A stretch of 64,000 bases of DNA. It comes from Octopus vulgaris (lineage: Eukaryota). The notes beneath the pieces were generated by a model, which had not been told where the DNA came from, did no database searches, and worked only from the letters and a program-made list of their open reading frames with translations. Shown in pieces: positions 26,952-40,309 of the stretch (position 1 is its first letter; each line of letters opens with the position of its first letter). The position numbers and the translations under genes were made by a program. The stretch spans positions 74,338,001-74,402,000 of the forward strand of contig OX597823.1 of NCBI GenBank assembly GCA_951406725.2. The letters are read 5' to 3'.

Positions 26952-27016
<65 letters not shown>
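26535..27016. repeat. (CCT)/(CCA)-rich low-complexity region and (CTA)n microsatellite
   Basis: Direct inspection; explains the poly-P and poly-T ORFs. Confidence 0.85.
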
Positions 27017-29884
27017 ATCGCATTCATATCATCAACATTGCTGTTATTTGAATTTCAACTGAAAAACTAACAAAACCTAAGTTCTGGGAGTATCACGATT
27101 GGTTTCAAGGAATCGAATAGAAAAAGAAAATTTCAGAAAAAAAGAAGAAAAAAAAACAACAATCAAGCAAAAATACCGAATACCTAGAAAAAAAAATCAT
27201 TCACCTGTAAAAATGCAATCCTTTATTTTTATGCACGAATGCGCATAAATAAATTGCAAACGCCCGCACTATATTTTTATGCCCTTGCAGTCTCGTTTCG
27301 TATTTTCTTGTGTCGTTTTTTGTCAATTTCTGTCACTACTTTTCTAATGTATACATGCATAAATTCAAGCCGTCTTTCTGCTGCTACGCATTGTCGTTAA
27401 TCTTAATGATACACTTCAATAGAGTGGAAGTTACATATCACAGGCCTTTTATTAGGCACGAAGACCTTGCAAGGAGAAACGTTAATTCATTAATTAAAAT
27501 TAGTTAATGAGTTAGTTAGCTATGGATAGTCAGCATGTAAAACGTATTTATCATGAAGCTTTTGTTGTTACGAAACATTATGTTGCTCCCGAGGAAATAT
27601 GCTCAAAAGAATTATGTCAATGAGCAGTGGATCTTTGTCTTAAATTACCCTATATCTACATCATATAATGTAACCATTCTTGTTTATGGTGATACTGGAG
27701 AAGCTTTCAATGCTATTGAAAATGTTTGACTGACAACGTAGTTTAGTGATTCCCAACGTGGGGCGTACGCCTCTCCGATGGCGTCTGGAAATGTTGTAAT
27801 GTGGTGTAGGATCAAGCTTTTGCCTTTTTTTGTTTAGAGGGCGATGGAATTGTGAAAATCTTTGCACAGCGAACGTAATACACCTATACCCGTCGTAGCT
27901 AAACCAATCTCTCCAGTCAAACATACTGTGTGAAGATTGTTTGCTACTGTATTGCGCTATTCTAATGTCCTTTAAAGAATGCATATAACTATGAAATATT
28001 TAAAATAATGCTGTATTTCTAACCACCGGTGGGGTATACATTTTTTGTGGAAAGTTATAGTCGGGCCGAGAGGAAAGTAGGTTGGAAAACGTTGGCGTAG
28101 ACGCTCTCACGTGACCTCGACGCCTGGAAGATTTAATTGGTCTGGCGCTAACCTGAGATATTAATAAAGCATTATAATCATAAATGTTAGTATATAATTA
28201 TTGAGCAAAAAATTAAATAGAAAAATGGAATATGAACGATAACCTATAAATTACAATAGAAATAAAGTATCTTAAGTATCCTCCGTGTTCAATTTTACTT
28301 GGGAAGTTCTGAAGGTTCATCGACTTTTATGTTTTGAACAAACACTTTAAGGATTTGAAAATGTGAATACACATACACGTATGTACACCCACACACCCAC
28401 ACATACACACAAATATACACGCAAATTCACACAAAACACATATAATATTTTCTTCATAGCAACTACTAAGTTCGCCAGTAGTGATCTTGTCAGCCGTCGA
28501 GGCATTTTACTGCCTTGACTTCGAAGTTACTATCAACAAAATTAGTTAAAACATTTGTCATTATACTTGCTTTGAGTACATTCTTCTGATTATATTTTAA
28601 AAAATCACTCTTTGCGAATGGTATGTGTGTATATACACACTCTCATTCACTCAAGTGCTCACACGAACACACACACACACATGCGTATATACACTTAAAT
28701 ATATCACGTACATGTGAGAGAGAGAGAGAGTGAAAGAGTGTATAAGTGACTGACAAAGCTTAAGATATGTTATATTTAATGTCTCAGCATAAATGGCAAT
28801 TCAATTATCTGCGCTGCTAGCGCAAATATACATAAAAATACGAAACCTTTATCATGCATTTTGCCATGTGATACATGAAAATATATACTATTAAGAAAAA
28901 GTTCTCCATGACACGAAAACTTAATTTAATATATTCGATACCCATTGACTCGCATGCAACTCTGAAATGAGTGGTTATTAGTTATGTAACATGACGTACA
29001 AAATAAGATTTCACCGTTTGATGTTAATGCTAGATAGGAAAAATATAGAAAAACGAAAATAATTAAATGTGAGCACTCTAATTTATTAGGTTTTCGAAAA
29101 TATATTATCAAGATGAAGAATATTGTATTTTTGTATAAAAAAAAACCCATACAAGTTATCTCTTTTCCATTGCCATATTCATACTCTATATATTTCAGGC
29201 ATTTCATTATATATTCAGTACATAATTTTTGCTTTCCTTTTCGCTTGTACTTAAGTACGAAGACATTATTAATAATATTCACTATACAGTAAAGCGCTCT
29301 AATCACCATAGTCCTTATACGCTGAAATATGCAAAAATACCACCATGATATAGCTATTATATATTTGCTATTCACTTGAAAATTATACCTGGCATGTATC
29401 TTACAAGTGACGAAATATTCCATGAAAAATTTGCGATAGAAAGTCCTCTTTATAGATAATAACAACTAGAGCGCAGAAAATGAATTATAAATTCACTTTT
29501 CTGACGAGTAATTTTCTTCCCAACACCAAATGAAGCTCCCTCAAACTTTTGAAGAAGGAAGCGTCTACGTGATAGCTGAAGTATAAATTAAATCAAATTC
29601 ATAAATATTTAACATCAAATTTATTTGCATTTTGAACCAACACCACCAGATTTACCCATTCAGTTAGAGCTAAAATTATGGATAAAATTATCCACCATAT
29701 ATTCCTATCAAACGTTATTGTTATCATGTAATATTTTGACTGGAAACTGCTGAGGATTCTTATAGTTTCTCCTGGAATAAGAGAGAAAGAGAGAGGGAGA
29801 GACAGGGAGAGAGAGAGGGAAGAGAGGCATAGAGAGATTACACTGAGATGAGACAGAGTGTGAATATTCTTTTAAAGAGGAGAG

Positions 29885-30275
29885 ATTTTCTACTCTAGGC
29901 ACAAGGACTGAAATTTGGGGGGAGGGGCTTGGGTTTCCAGTACGCAACTGGTGCATAATTTATCGACTCCGAACGGACGAAAGTTAAAGTCGACCTCGGC
30001 GGAATTTGAACTACCTATTTGAAATACCTATTTCTTTACTACCCACAAGGGGCTAAACACAGAGAAGAGAAACAGGAACAGACAAACGGATTAAGTCGAT
30101 TATATCAACCCCAGTCAGTAACTGGTACTTATTTAATCGACACCGAAAGGATGAAAGGCAAAGTCGACCTCGGCGGAATTTGAACTCAGAACGTAGCGGC
30201 AGACGAAATACCTATTTCTTTACTACCCACAAGGGGTTAAACACGGAGAGGACAAACAAGGACAGACAAACGGAT
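29885..30275 (-). mobile_element. Nested/tandem SINE family A copies (types 1 and 2 tails)
   Basis: Core gtcgacctcggcggaatttgaact appears twice (~29988 and ~30163); tail cctatttctttactacccacaagggg appears twice (~30027 and ~30211). Confidence 0.85.
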
Positions 30276-30489
30276 TGAGTTTGATCATATGATCATATAT
30301 AACATCAAAATGCTACAAAAAAAAGTGGGCAACCAATTAGATGTAGGTAACCAAGTAGAATTTTAGCATTGTTAAGTCTGGATTTCATCGTCAAAGATCA
30401 TAAAATTATTCTTTAATTAATCCCACCAACAATGATATTGGAGTTATTACTAAACGCATTCATGATCTAATTCAAATATAAATATAAAG

Positions 30490-30897
30490 GCGCTGGAGTG
30501 GCTATGTGGTAAGTAGATTCCTTACCAAACACATGGTTCAGGATTCAAGTCCCACTGCGTGGCACTTTGGGTAAGTCTTCTACTATAGCCTCGGGCCGAC
30601 CAAAGCCTTGTAAGTGGATTTGGTAGACGGAAACTGAAAGAAGCCCGTCGTATATATGTATATATATTTTTGTATGTGTGTGTATATGTTTGTGTGTCTG
30701 TGTTTGTCCCCCACCCCACCAACATTGTTTGACAACCGATGCTGGTGTGTTTACGTCCCCGTAACTTAGCGGTTCGGCAACAGAGACCGATAGAATAAGT
30801 ACTAGGCTTATAAGGAATAAGTCCTGAGGTCGATTTGCTCGACTAAAGGCGGTGCTGCAGCATGGCTACAGTCAAATGACTAAAACAAGTAAAAGAG
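30490..30897 (+). mobile_element. SINE family B (internal TA/TG microsatellite)
   Basis: Head ggagtggctatgtggtaag...ttcaagtcccactgcgtggcac; body ccaaagccttg..agtggatttggtagacggaaactgaaagaagcccgtcg; tail gcggtgctgcagcatggc...gactaaaacaagtaaaagag. Confidence 0.92.
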
Positions 30898-31929
30898 TAT
30901 AGGTTATTGTGACCCAAATGAAATAACATTTATGTCCGTGATTATTTCATCCAAATCCGCAACTGAATTGCAATCGCTCATTTCCTATCTCCGTTTGATG
31001 GATGCCCTTAGTTTAGACAAATGAAATCTAATCTTTACTGCTTCAGAAATTCATATAATTTTATGCTTCGCACCGGCAATTTCTGTTATGGTTATAAGCT
31101 AATAATGAATATGTAAAGCATTATAATGTTCATTTTGATGTTAGCAAAGGATCGAAAGCTAGGTCCGAAATTACCGACAAATATAGATTATTTCCTCTAA
31201 ACCTTTTACATTTTAGATTTTTGTATATTCGGAGGTTTGAACTATGGTGATAGGCTAAACATTCCCATTACTACCAAGCATAAACAGAAATTTAGGAAGG
31301 AGAGATTCACTGCGCACTACGCACACACACGCACCTATACATACACACACAAATTATATATATATATATATACACACACATGCATACGTATACACAGGTA
31401 ATGGGGACAGCATCCCACTACCTTTAATCTACTTAATATGACATGGGCACAAGCAGCCTTCAGAAATATAGTCCAGCTTATACATGCAAACATACATATA
31501 CTGGAAACAATTCTAGTAAATAAATAACTGATATACGCAAGGAATTTTAAATGATTTAAACGATGTCTAAATCTGGGGAAAGTTATCTAAAAATCTGTCG
31601 ACAATTTGTAGCATCTCTCAAAGAAAATAAATTTTAAGAAGTTTAGACCTGGTTTCAGAGAAAGGTATTTTAATACTCGAAGAGATATGCCAGATCTATT
31701 TTAGCAGACAATGTGACAATGTCCAGCACCTCGCCATCTATCATAATTATATAAATTCATGTCATTGGCTCAAGAGTATTTACTGTTAAATCGAGTAGAA
31801 TTAAATTATTTTAGCCATGAACATCATGTCTCGATTTATTTTCAAGTTAAAAATTTCTAGTATATTTTCAATGAATTCCCCCTTTTTTTTTTAGTCTTTA
31901 ATACTTGATCAATGTTGAAAAAGCTCAAA

Positions 31930-32180
31930 GGTCCTCCCGAGCCATAAGCACATAAAATCAGTTTCTCGCATTCTGCAGCGTATACACTTCTCTCCTTGAA
32001 CAAATGCCGTCCCGCCACAATATTACTAATTTTTTCTCAGTTCACTTGACCGAAGCAACATGAAATTAGATGATTTGGTCAAGAACACAACGCAACGTCC
32101 AGATCAGGAGTCAAAACCACAATCTTACGATCATAAGTGTAACACCTTAAGCACTACGCCACAGCCCACACGCCTCCACG
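31930..32180 (-). mobile_element. SINE family D, degenerate
   Basis: caagaacacaacgc...aaccacaatcttacgatcat...cgcctccac, matching 14960-15060. Confidence 0.7.
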
Positions 32181-32729
32181 TTGGCCTTTCATAAGAGGAA
32201 CTTTTGGCAGTGATAGCCAGCAGAATGAGCGACCACGTACATATTTTTCCATTTTCTTGTACGGATGATACTCAGTACCTGTTGTGCTACATATTTCTAT
32301 ATGTTTGTCAATATGCTATTATATAAGGAAACTCTATTTCATCGTGACTGAATCTTTGGTAAACAAGCAGTGATTTATTTATGAATCATTGACAGAATTC
32401 TTTGGCTTTACGCTAACGTAATGTAATCGGTTGGTGTTTATGTATTCGTAGCAAATTCTAGTGGCTACTATGTCTCCTCTATTTAAGTCGTATAGTATTG
32501 TAGTATTATAGTCTAAATTTCGAAGGCACTTTCTGTAAGTTGCTGCTTGCCTTGCGACTGAAATATCATTCATTGCCAAATATAACTTAAGTGACGTTCA
32601 CTCTGTTGAAAACATTCGGAGCACATCTTTCACTCCAGTCACGAAGGACATGGCAGATTCACGTATGCCGTGTTTCCTCATCTGACTAAACCATGAAAAA
32701 ATAGTCTGTATTATCAACTTGCGATATAA

Positions 32730-33135
32730 AGTGGGGAATTGGCAGAGTCGTTAGCACGCCGTGCAGAGTGCGCAGTAGCATTTCGTCCATCTTTAATATC
32801 TGGGTTCAAACTCCGCCAAAGTCGACATTGTGTATCATCCTTTCTGGATCGCTAAAATAAATGCCAGTTGTGTACTGAAGTCATTGTAATCGATTTACAT
32901 ACAACCCAAAATTGCTGACCTTGTGCCAAAATTTGAAACCAATATGCGATATAAGGCATCTAGGTGGCAGAACGGTTACCACGCCGGGCTAAATGTTTAT
33001 CGGAATTTCGTCCGTATTTAAGTTCAAATTCCGCCGAGATCGGCTTTGCATTTCATTCTTCAAGCACTGGGATCGGTGTAATTGACTTCTGTGTCCCCTC
33101 CAAAACTGCTGGATTTGTGCCAAATTTTGATATCA
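32730..33135 (+). mobile_element. Two tandem SINE family A copies
   Basis: ggcagagtcgttagcacgccg...ccttgtgccaaaatttgaaacc, then ggcagaacggttaccacgccggg...gtgccaaattttga. The repeated flank tgcgatataa is TSD-like. Confidence 0.85.
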
Positions 33136-34549
33136 TTATTAATATACGATATTATTCAACCAGACATTGTATACATCTGGCTCTGTAGAGAGGAATCTAG
33201 CAGATCCTCTTACTAACACTTCATTGTTATCTTTATACTTTAAGGTTTGCATATATTCGGATAAATCTGTTAAGTTTTGATCATGTTGATTGTAGAGCAC
33301 ACTGCTAACGACCTTAAAAGACAGTTACATCAATCTAATCGTAGCACTCACTTCTATAAATCATGGAGAAGTAATTAAAATGCTATTATCAGCAACTTCC
33401 TCCTTCCGCACGACCGGAACAGAATAGATTTATTTAAATATATTTTAATACCTTTAAAAGGAACGTAACAGAAACAAACATTGAATGTTAATAAGATCAG
33501 TCAAGTCTTGTTCCGGTGGAAGTGTAGCTGCATGCAACCTGTATTCCTTTTGTGAGTAAACTAATATATAACGCAGTATTTTATGGGTTCAGCGGGATAG
33601 GACACAGTTTCTCATATACATTTAACACACTCTTAAAGCTGAGATCTGATCCTAACTGATAAATTACTCTCTCGATAAATCTCACCTGCTTTAACAGTGC
33701 TGAAAACTTACACCAGCGGGAACATTAATGTGCTAAGAAACGTGTTGAATAGAATATACAGGCAAACTGTTTTATAGTCGCAGAGTAGCTTACATTTAAT
33801 ATTAAGCGTGAGAAACCATACTGTTCACAGTATGTTATCGATAATTTATTTGCACTTAATTTCAGACATTGGTTAAGTTGGACCCAATAGGGTGTTGCGA
33901 CAGCATAGTTCTTAACGATCACATTACACTAATATATTTGTTTCCCTTATATACTGCTACACTCTGGGTCATCTTGCGAAGGATATCATAGTGCAGGTTA
34001 AGTGAATGAGAACAAACAACGGATAGGAAAGACATATGTATACGACGACCTGTACGCTGCAAGAATAACCACCAATTTTTACAATGTTGGCATTAATTGG
34101 ATTTTGTTCGTATCAACGAAGCTTCAATCAGCGGTGTAATCATTGCATTCAGATTTCTCGGTTTATACTATGATATTGGCCACTCATTCATATGCAATAG
34201 CAGGAATCTATTTGACAAGAAAGTTTAGTCGATCAGTAAAAAGCTTGTTCCAATCAGTATTTTCGACAGGATTATGATCGAATCTGTATGTCTCGCTCGA
34301 ATGTCTAGACATCATTTCTGAAGAGGATATAAGAACAAGGATGTGTTCTTAGGGCTTTCTAGTAGAGAGCATACAGTTCTAGGAGTCATGAAATTTTTCG
34401 TAACGAGCAAATATCTTGTTTTGCTGAATTATAGAGGAACATACTGTCACCTGCTTATATTTCAGTTTATCAGTAAAAATACAGTCCGATCAATAAATAT
34501 CCGAACTATTGCCATAGTAACGAAGCTAAAGTAGGCAGAGTAAAGACGC

Positions 34550-34762
34550 TTGGCACAGATTAATCGTGAACTTTGTTGTGCATGCGCATTAAGTTTTAAC
34601 GTTCTAGCTCATTTCTGACTGCCGCTGTTTACTCAATGCTTGGGAGTGACGTATGTAACATGTGTCCGTCGCATTGATAATGACAGGAAAAGCTGAGCAG
34701 AGAATCTGCATCAAATTTTGGCAAAAGCTTGGCGATACATGCTCAGAGGGCTAGGCAAAGAT
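34550..34762 (+). mobile_element. mariner transposon 5' end (UTR plus start of transposase)
   Basis: MTGKAEQRICIKFWQKLGDTCSE from 34680, the typical mariner N-terminus (EQR..IKFC..LG). Confidence 0.75.
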
Positions 34763-35305
34763 TTCAAAAATGTTCATGGTTTTCGACACAATCAAAGAGA
34801 TCTTGTACAACCGAAATCCAAGTGCCTCTTTGGTCAGCTGAAAGCAGTTTTGGCACAAACTTGGCAGACACGCGTCCCATACTCAAATCGTCAGTGATAA
34901 TGGACTGAACTGAACTGAACTGCACATCCGCTGATAATTCACGGATGGTGATTCGACTATTTTCCCTCACAGCTGCACTTACATCTGCGATGTTTTTCTC
35001 ATTTCTGGCTTTTGCAGGTCTCCCAGAATGTAAGTCAATATCGACATTCTATCGGCCATCTTCGAAACATTTGCACCACTCGTACATTTTGTGTGGCTCA
35101 TAAACTCCTCTCCATAACGTTCTACAACTTTGCATAGGCTTCTGAGCAGGTATCGCCATGACAACTTTCCCTATCATATGTCAATGCGACGATCACACGT
35201 TACACACGTTACTTCGAAGCACTGCTGTAAACAGCAAAAGTGAGCTACACTGTTAAATCTTAGTGCACATGCCCAGCAGAGGCCAAGGTCAATCTGTGAA
35301 AAGCC
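34763..35305 (-). mobile_element. mariner transposon 5' half, opposite orientation
   Basis: YEWCKCFEDGR...SGRP...ENSRITIRELS...SVQSIITDDLSMGRVSAKFVPKLLS (WVPH/KLL motif). Its 5' UTR is the reverse complement of 34550-34680. Confidence 0.85.
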
Positions 35306-36085
35306 ATTCCTAGTTTTTGTAGAAATTTGGCTCCAGAAATTTTTAATTTCTGCATATGCAAAATATAACTCATAGTATATTGATTAATGTCAAATTAATT
35401 ACTTATTAATAACATTTAAAAAAAATAAACAAATCGAACTCGAATAACAGAAGGTAAGATTTATATTAACATCGGTGAGATTTGTAAAACGCTTAAGTAA
35501 ATGCTGTAAATCAATGTATCTCGGCACTTTAATAAGTATACCACTTCTTCGACTCTTTCTCCTGATTACTATAATGAAATTATGAAATGAAATTAGAAAC
35601 AGGATTTTGAATCACAATGTATTAATTACATGAACTCATTCGGTGTTATAATTAATTATTTGAACACAGCATTATCACATCACATGTTATTACATGGCAT
35701 CATTAGTGTTATTGAAATTAAATATGTTACTCCATTATCATGTTAAATATCACAGCTAAATGGCGTTGACAATATATATAATGTGTGAAAAACTTAGAAC
35801 TGTAGAAAAGGTACCAGGGAGCCAAAACCATATACGTCGCTTGTGTTCTTGAAAGTCCAAACATGTCATTTTCATTCTTACCTGTTTTGGAAGTGAATAA
35901 AACCTCATCATTTTATCATATGATGACACAAATTGTTAACATAAAAATGAAATTGATATTCAGAGCGTTTAGAAAGAACATACGAACTAGTAAACCAAGT
36001 TTGCAATATTGCTTTGATCTTAGAGTAAAAAGATTTCTTGTCAACTGAGAAAGATTATGCTTTTGAAAATTCAATGATACTTACT

Positions 36086-36486
36086 TACTTTTACTTGTTT
36101 CAGTCATTTGACTGCGGCCATGCTGGAGCACCGCCTTTAATCGAGCAAATCGACCCCGGGACTTATTCTTTGTAAGCCCAGTACTTATTCTATCGGTCTC
36201 TTTTTGCCGAACCGCTAAGTGACGGGGACGTAAACACACCAGCATCGGTTGTCAAGCAATGCTAGGGGGACAAACACAGACACACAAACACACACGCATA
36301 CATATATACATATATATACATACATACGACAGGCTTCTTTCAGTTTCCGTCTACCAAATCCACTCACAAGGCTTTGGTCGGCCCGAGGCTATAGTAGAAG
36401 ACATTTGCCCAAGATGCCACGCAGTGGGACTGAACCCGGAACCATGTAGTTCATAAGCAAGCTACTTACCACACAGCCACTCCTGC
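36086..36486 (-). mobile_element. SINE family B, near-intact
   Basis: Reverse complement of 30490-30897 along its full length. Confidence 0.95.
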
Positions 36487-36597
36487 GATCTTCATTTCTT
36501 CTACATTTTCGGTTTACGCACAGGAAGGTTGTCTCAATACGTGTGATGTACTTCTTGGAGGTATGGCAAGCCAGGGATAAGTATTATTATTAATGTT

Positions 36598-36822
36598 AAG
36601 GCGCCGAGCTGGCAGAATTGTTAGCACGTCGGGCAAAATGCTTAGCGGTATTTCGTCCGTCTTCCGTCTTATCATTCTGAGTTCAAATTCCGCCGAGGTC
36701 GACTCTACGTTTCATCCTTTCGTTGTCAATAAGTTAAGTACCAGTAAAACACTGGGGACGATGTTATCGATTAGCCCGCTACCACCAAATTGCATGCATC
36801 GTCCCTGTACTAGAAAAGATTA
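36598..36822 (+). mobile_element. SINE family A
   Basis: gagctggcagaattgttagcacgtcgggcaaaatgcttagcggtatttcg...gagttcaaattccgccgaggtcgac. Confidence 0.9.
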
Positions 36823-37467
36823 TCATTGTTGCTATTGTAGCTATTCTTGTATTAATAGTATTAATCATCATTAATACAATTGCTATTATTAATTATTTTG
36901 TTTCTCATTGTTGATTACTACAATAAGGTTTCCCTTAGTGTAATAAGGAATACATTTGCAAAATATGCTTCAGGTTTTAGAAAGTGAGTAAAATTATTAT
37001 TATAATTAGAATCAGACAAATATCGGGATTGATTTAATCAACTTTCACCTCGTCTCAAACACCGTTGGTCTTGTGCCAAAATTTGAAAGAATTATCATAA
37101 CTATTATTAATATTTCTCCATTTTTATAATAATGATGAAAATTGTAGTTGTGGTGTGGACGTACTGCTGCTGCTGTGATGATGCTGGTAATGATAATGAG
37201 TGGGAGAAATAGAATGAACAGTATCCAAACGACAAAATCGTAGTGGCGTAGCGTTGATTAGATAAATTTGTTGCCCAGTATATCTCGTTGTAGAAAGTGA
37301 ATTTGTATTGATGATTTATAATGTTTATGCTATCAGTCTCTGGTGAAGTCTTCGATTGAAACATTTCAAGATTTATTACTGTTTACACGATTTAATTTGG
37401 GGATGTTATTTGCTTTATTTCCTCAAAAATCATCTCATAATTTTCTTTGTTGAGTAAACATTAAACA

Positions 37468-37508
37468 CGCACATACACACACATACATACATACATACAT
37501 ACATAAAA

Positions 37509-37575
<67 letters not shown>

Positions 37576-37800
37576 TATGTATACACATACGTGTGTGTGT
37601 TTGTGTCTGTGTGTAATTACAATTTTACTTATATGAATCTATATATCTATATATGTATACCTGTATATACATAGGAATATACATACATACATATATATAT
37701 ATATATTTATTTGTATATATATTTATATATATATATATATACATCGAAAGACACGCATCCTCTTCCAAGTATATACATATATATGTATATGTATATATAA
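37468..37800. repeat. (CATA)/(TA)/(TG) microsatellite tract
   Basis: Direct inspection. Confidence 0.9.
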
Positions 37801-37931
37801 ATATCTATGTTAAATAATATATAATCACAACTAAAATGAAGATGCACTTTATAGTAAAATCAAGCTACATTGCGAAATAATTACACACTATATTCTGTGA
37901 CTTTCCCGTCCTGATATCATGTTTCTAATAG

Positions 37932-38015
37932 GGATATAATTATAAAACAGATGGATATTTGACGCCTTCATCACCGAAACTGCCAACACGACCGTATGAG
38001 GATATTGTTTCGTAG
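37932..38015 (+). CDS. Candidate 3'-terminal coding exon (GYNYKTDGYLTPSSPKLPTRPYEDIVS*) of an unidentified gene
   Basis: Acceptor-like ...catgtttctaatag|, 27 open codons to TAG, Tyr/Pro motifs like a receptor cytoplasmic tail, AATAAA at 38168-38173. No upstream exons could be linked. Confidence 0.22.
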   Translation, partial: GYNYKTDGYLTPSSPKLPTRPYEDIVS

Positions 38016-38381
38016 TTTGAAAACTGGTTGTATACCGAAACTCTCAAATCATCACGGATACAAGTAGAAGTAATTTCCTTCGTATAATATATTCCAGTAT
38101 TACTCATTTCACCGACGTTTTCGTTAGAAATGGAATGTACAGAAAAGTACATTATATTAAGCATTCGAATAAATGTCTTGCTGTATTAGGTGGTGATCAT
38201 TAGAGCATCGAAAAGTTCTTTACGTACCTGCTGTGACTAACTTTGTCTTTCATTTTCTCGGGGTCAATAACATTCAGTGTCAGTGAGGCACTGGGGTTGG
38301 ATGGTCATGAGTAAACAGATTTCTTTAACGTTGCTGCCCGTGTGCCAAAAAGAGAAACTATTTGTACGGTCCTTATCTTTT

Positions 38382-38598
38382 ATCGTTTACTTGCTTCAGT
38401 CAGTAGTCTGTACCATGCTAGGGCACTGAGCTGCAGAAGTTTGGTCGAACGAATCGATGGCATCACTGTTTTTGTTTTGTTATTAATCTTGGTACTTATC
38501 CCAGCGGTTTCGTTTTGCCGAACCGTTAAGTTTAACGCACAAACCCCGGTTGTCAAGTGGCGGTAGGGGGACTACGACAAAGACATGCACATGCACAG
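38382..38598 (-). mobile_element. SINE family B 3' half, interrupted at its internal (TA)n
   Basis: tttacttgcttcagtca...ttttgccgaaccgttaag...ccggttgtcaag...ggggac; the matching degenerate 5' half lies at ~39370-39485. Confidence 0.7.
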
Positions 38599-38599
38599 A

Positions 38600-38626
<27 letters not shown>

Positions 38627-38630
<4 letters not shown>

Positions 38631-38842
38631 TTCAACATGTGATCTCTTGAGCACCACCAGCAAAAAAAATCTTTTCCTCTGTCTTCCCTTCTCGGGATCT
38701 TTCCTTCTCCTTTGTTTCCGACGAAGAGCTCCGCTCGAAACGTTAAACCCTCCTTCCCTTCTTTCCTGAGCGTCAATTAATACTTTAATTGTTCCACGTC
38801 CTCGCGTTGCTGTGTTTTTTTTCTGTGTTTTCTTGTTTGGAT

Positions 38843-38846
<4 letters not shown>
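38627..38846 (+). mobile_element. Short insert between (TA)n arrays carrying a minimal hammerhead-like motif (probable Penelope-like element 3' end)
   Basis: gttt-CCGACGA-a-gagc(tcc)gctc-GAAAC-GTT-aaac at 38714-38748; flanked on both sides by (TA)n. Confidence 0.6.
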
Positions 38847-38897
<51 letters not shown>

Positions 38898-39527
38898 TCT
38901 ATAATTATAAACCTATTTATAATTAGCTAATTGTCTCACCACGCACCGAATTTAGAAATAAGAGTTAAAATTCCTTTTCTGCTACAATAAAAATCTCCCA
39001 GATAATAACACACTTTCTATTACGTAGGCAAAAAGAAAAAAAATAATGGATCCACACTACTCAGATTAGCTACATACTCGTTTCGGGATTAAAGTAAAGT
39101 TATATAGTTACTTACTTACTTCACCTCTTCAGTGCAGCATTTCAAGTATAAATTTGAGAGTGCAAGGATTAAATATGTACGCGATCGAGCACCATCGCAT
39201 AACTGATATCCAACCAACACTTCCAAAAATATACAGCCAAAAATATAATACATATTTATCCTTAATACCCACGAAAAGGTTATTTTAACGTAACGATCTA
39301 CTTGGTGAAATTATAATTAATTAATTAATTAATTAATTTTACCTTTTTATTACTAATATATATACATATATACAAGACCAAATCCACTGACAAGCCTGAG
39401 GCTACATTCGAAGTTAGTTACCAAGTATGGGAATAACCTTGGAATCATGTGGTTAGGAAGCAAATGTCCGACAGCCCAGCCACGTCAGCGCTTATATAGG
39501 TACACATAAGACATAGGAACAATTGAG

Positions 39528-39892
39528 TGGAGGCGCAATGGCCCAGTGGTTAGGGCAGCGGACTCGCGGTCATAGGATCGCGGTTTCGATTCCCAGACCG
39601 GGCGTTGTGAGTGTTTATTGAGCGAAAACACCCAAAAGCTCCACGAGGCTCCGGCAGGGGATGGTGGTGATCCCTGCTGTACTCTCACTCTTACTTCCTG
39701 TTTCGGTTGTACCTGTACTTCAAAGGGCCGGCCTTGTCACTCTCTGTGTCACGCTGAATATCCCCGAGAACTACGTTATGGGTACACGTGTCTGTGGAGT
39801 GCTCAGCCACTTACACGTTAATGTCACGAGCAGGCTGTTCCGTTGATTGGGATCAACCGGAACCCTCATCGTCGTAACCGACGGAGTGCTTC
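39528..39892 (+). mobile_element. SINE family C, tail variant 2, with 11-bp TSD
   Basis: tRNA-like head tggaggcgcaatggcccagtggttagggcagcggactcgcgg...gtttcgattccc; TSD aggaacaattg at 39515-39525 and 39897-39907. Confidence 0.93.
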
Positions 39893-40309
39893 CATCAGGA
39901 ACAATTGGAAATGTTATCTAACCCTATACTGAAATGTTTATAGAATATTTTCTGTATCGTTAAGCTTCCGTGCTCTGACTATTAGATGTTCGCAGAAATA
40001 TATGGATACGCGTAATTTTAGTGATTTTCTTTTTCTATATAAAGAATAGCATTCTCATCCAATTATGTACTCTGTTTCATTGATGAAGGCACCGAGGCTC
40101 TTTGTATTCCTACAGTAATAATTGCAGTGTTTTGTAAGGCAGTCAGTGTAGGAATTGAAAACATGAAGAACCTAATGGCAGCAGTTTAGTTTCCATGCAT
40201 AGTTTTTCTAAAAGCTGATAACACTAACATGGCGTCATTACATTTCAGCATTTGTATATCAATGAACACATGAATGCATAAAGATGTAGTAGTACGCCGG
40301 GAAAGAGGC

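Noticed and set aside
28926-29465. Longest ORF in the window (179 aa, minus strand)
   Set aside because: Composition mirrors AT-rich non-coding DNA (I/F/Y/K-rich); no recognisable domain or splice context.
39528-39605. tRNA-like sequences at SINE heads (also 11110, 14985-15060, 46945-47015)
   Set aside because: They continue into SINE bodies with TSDs and lack a complete cloverleaf; not functional tRNA genes.
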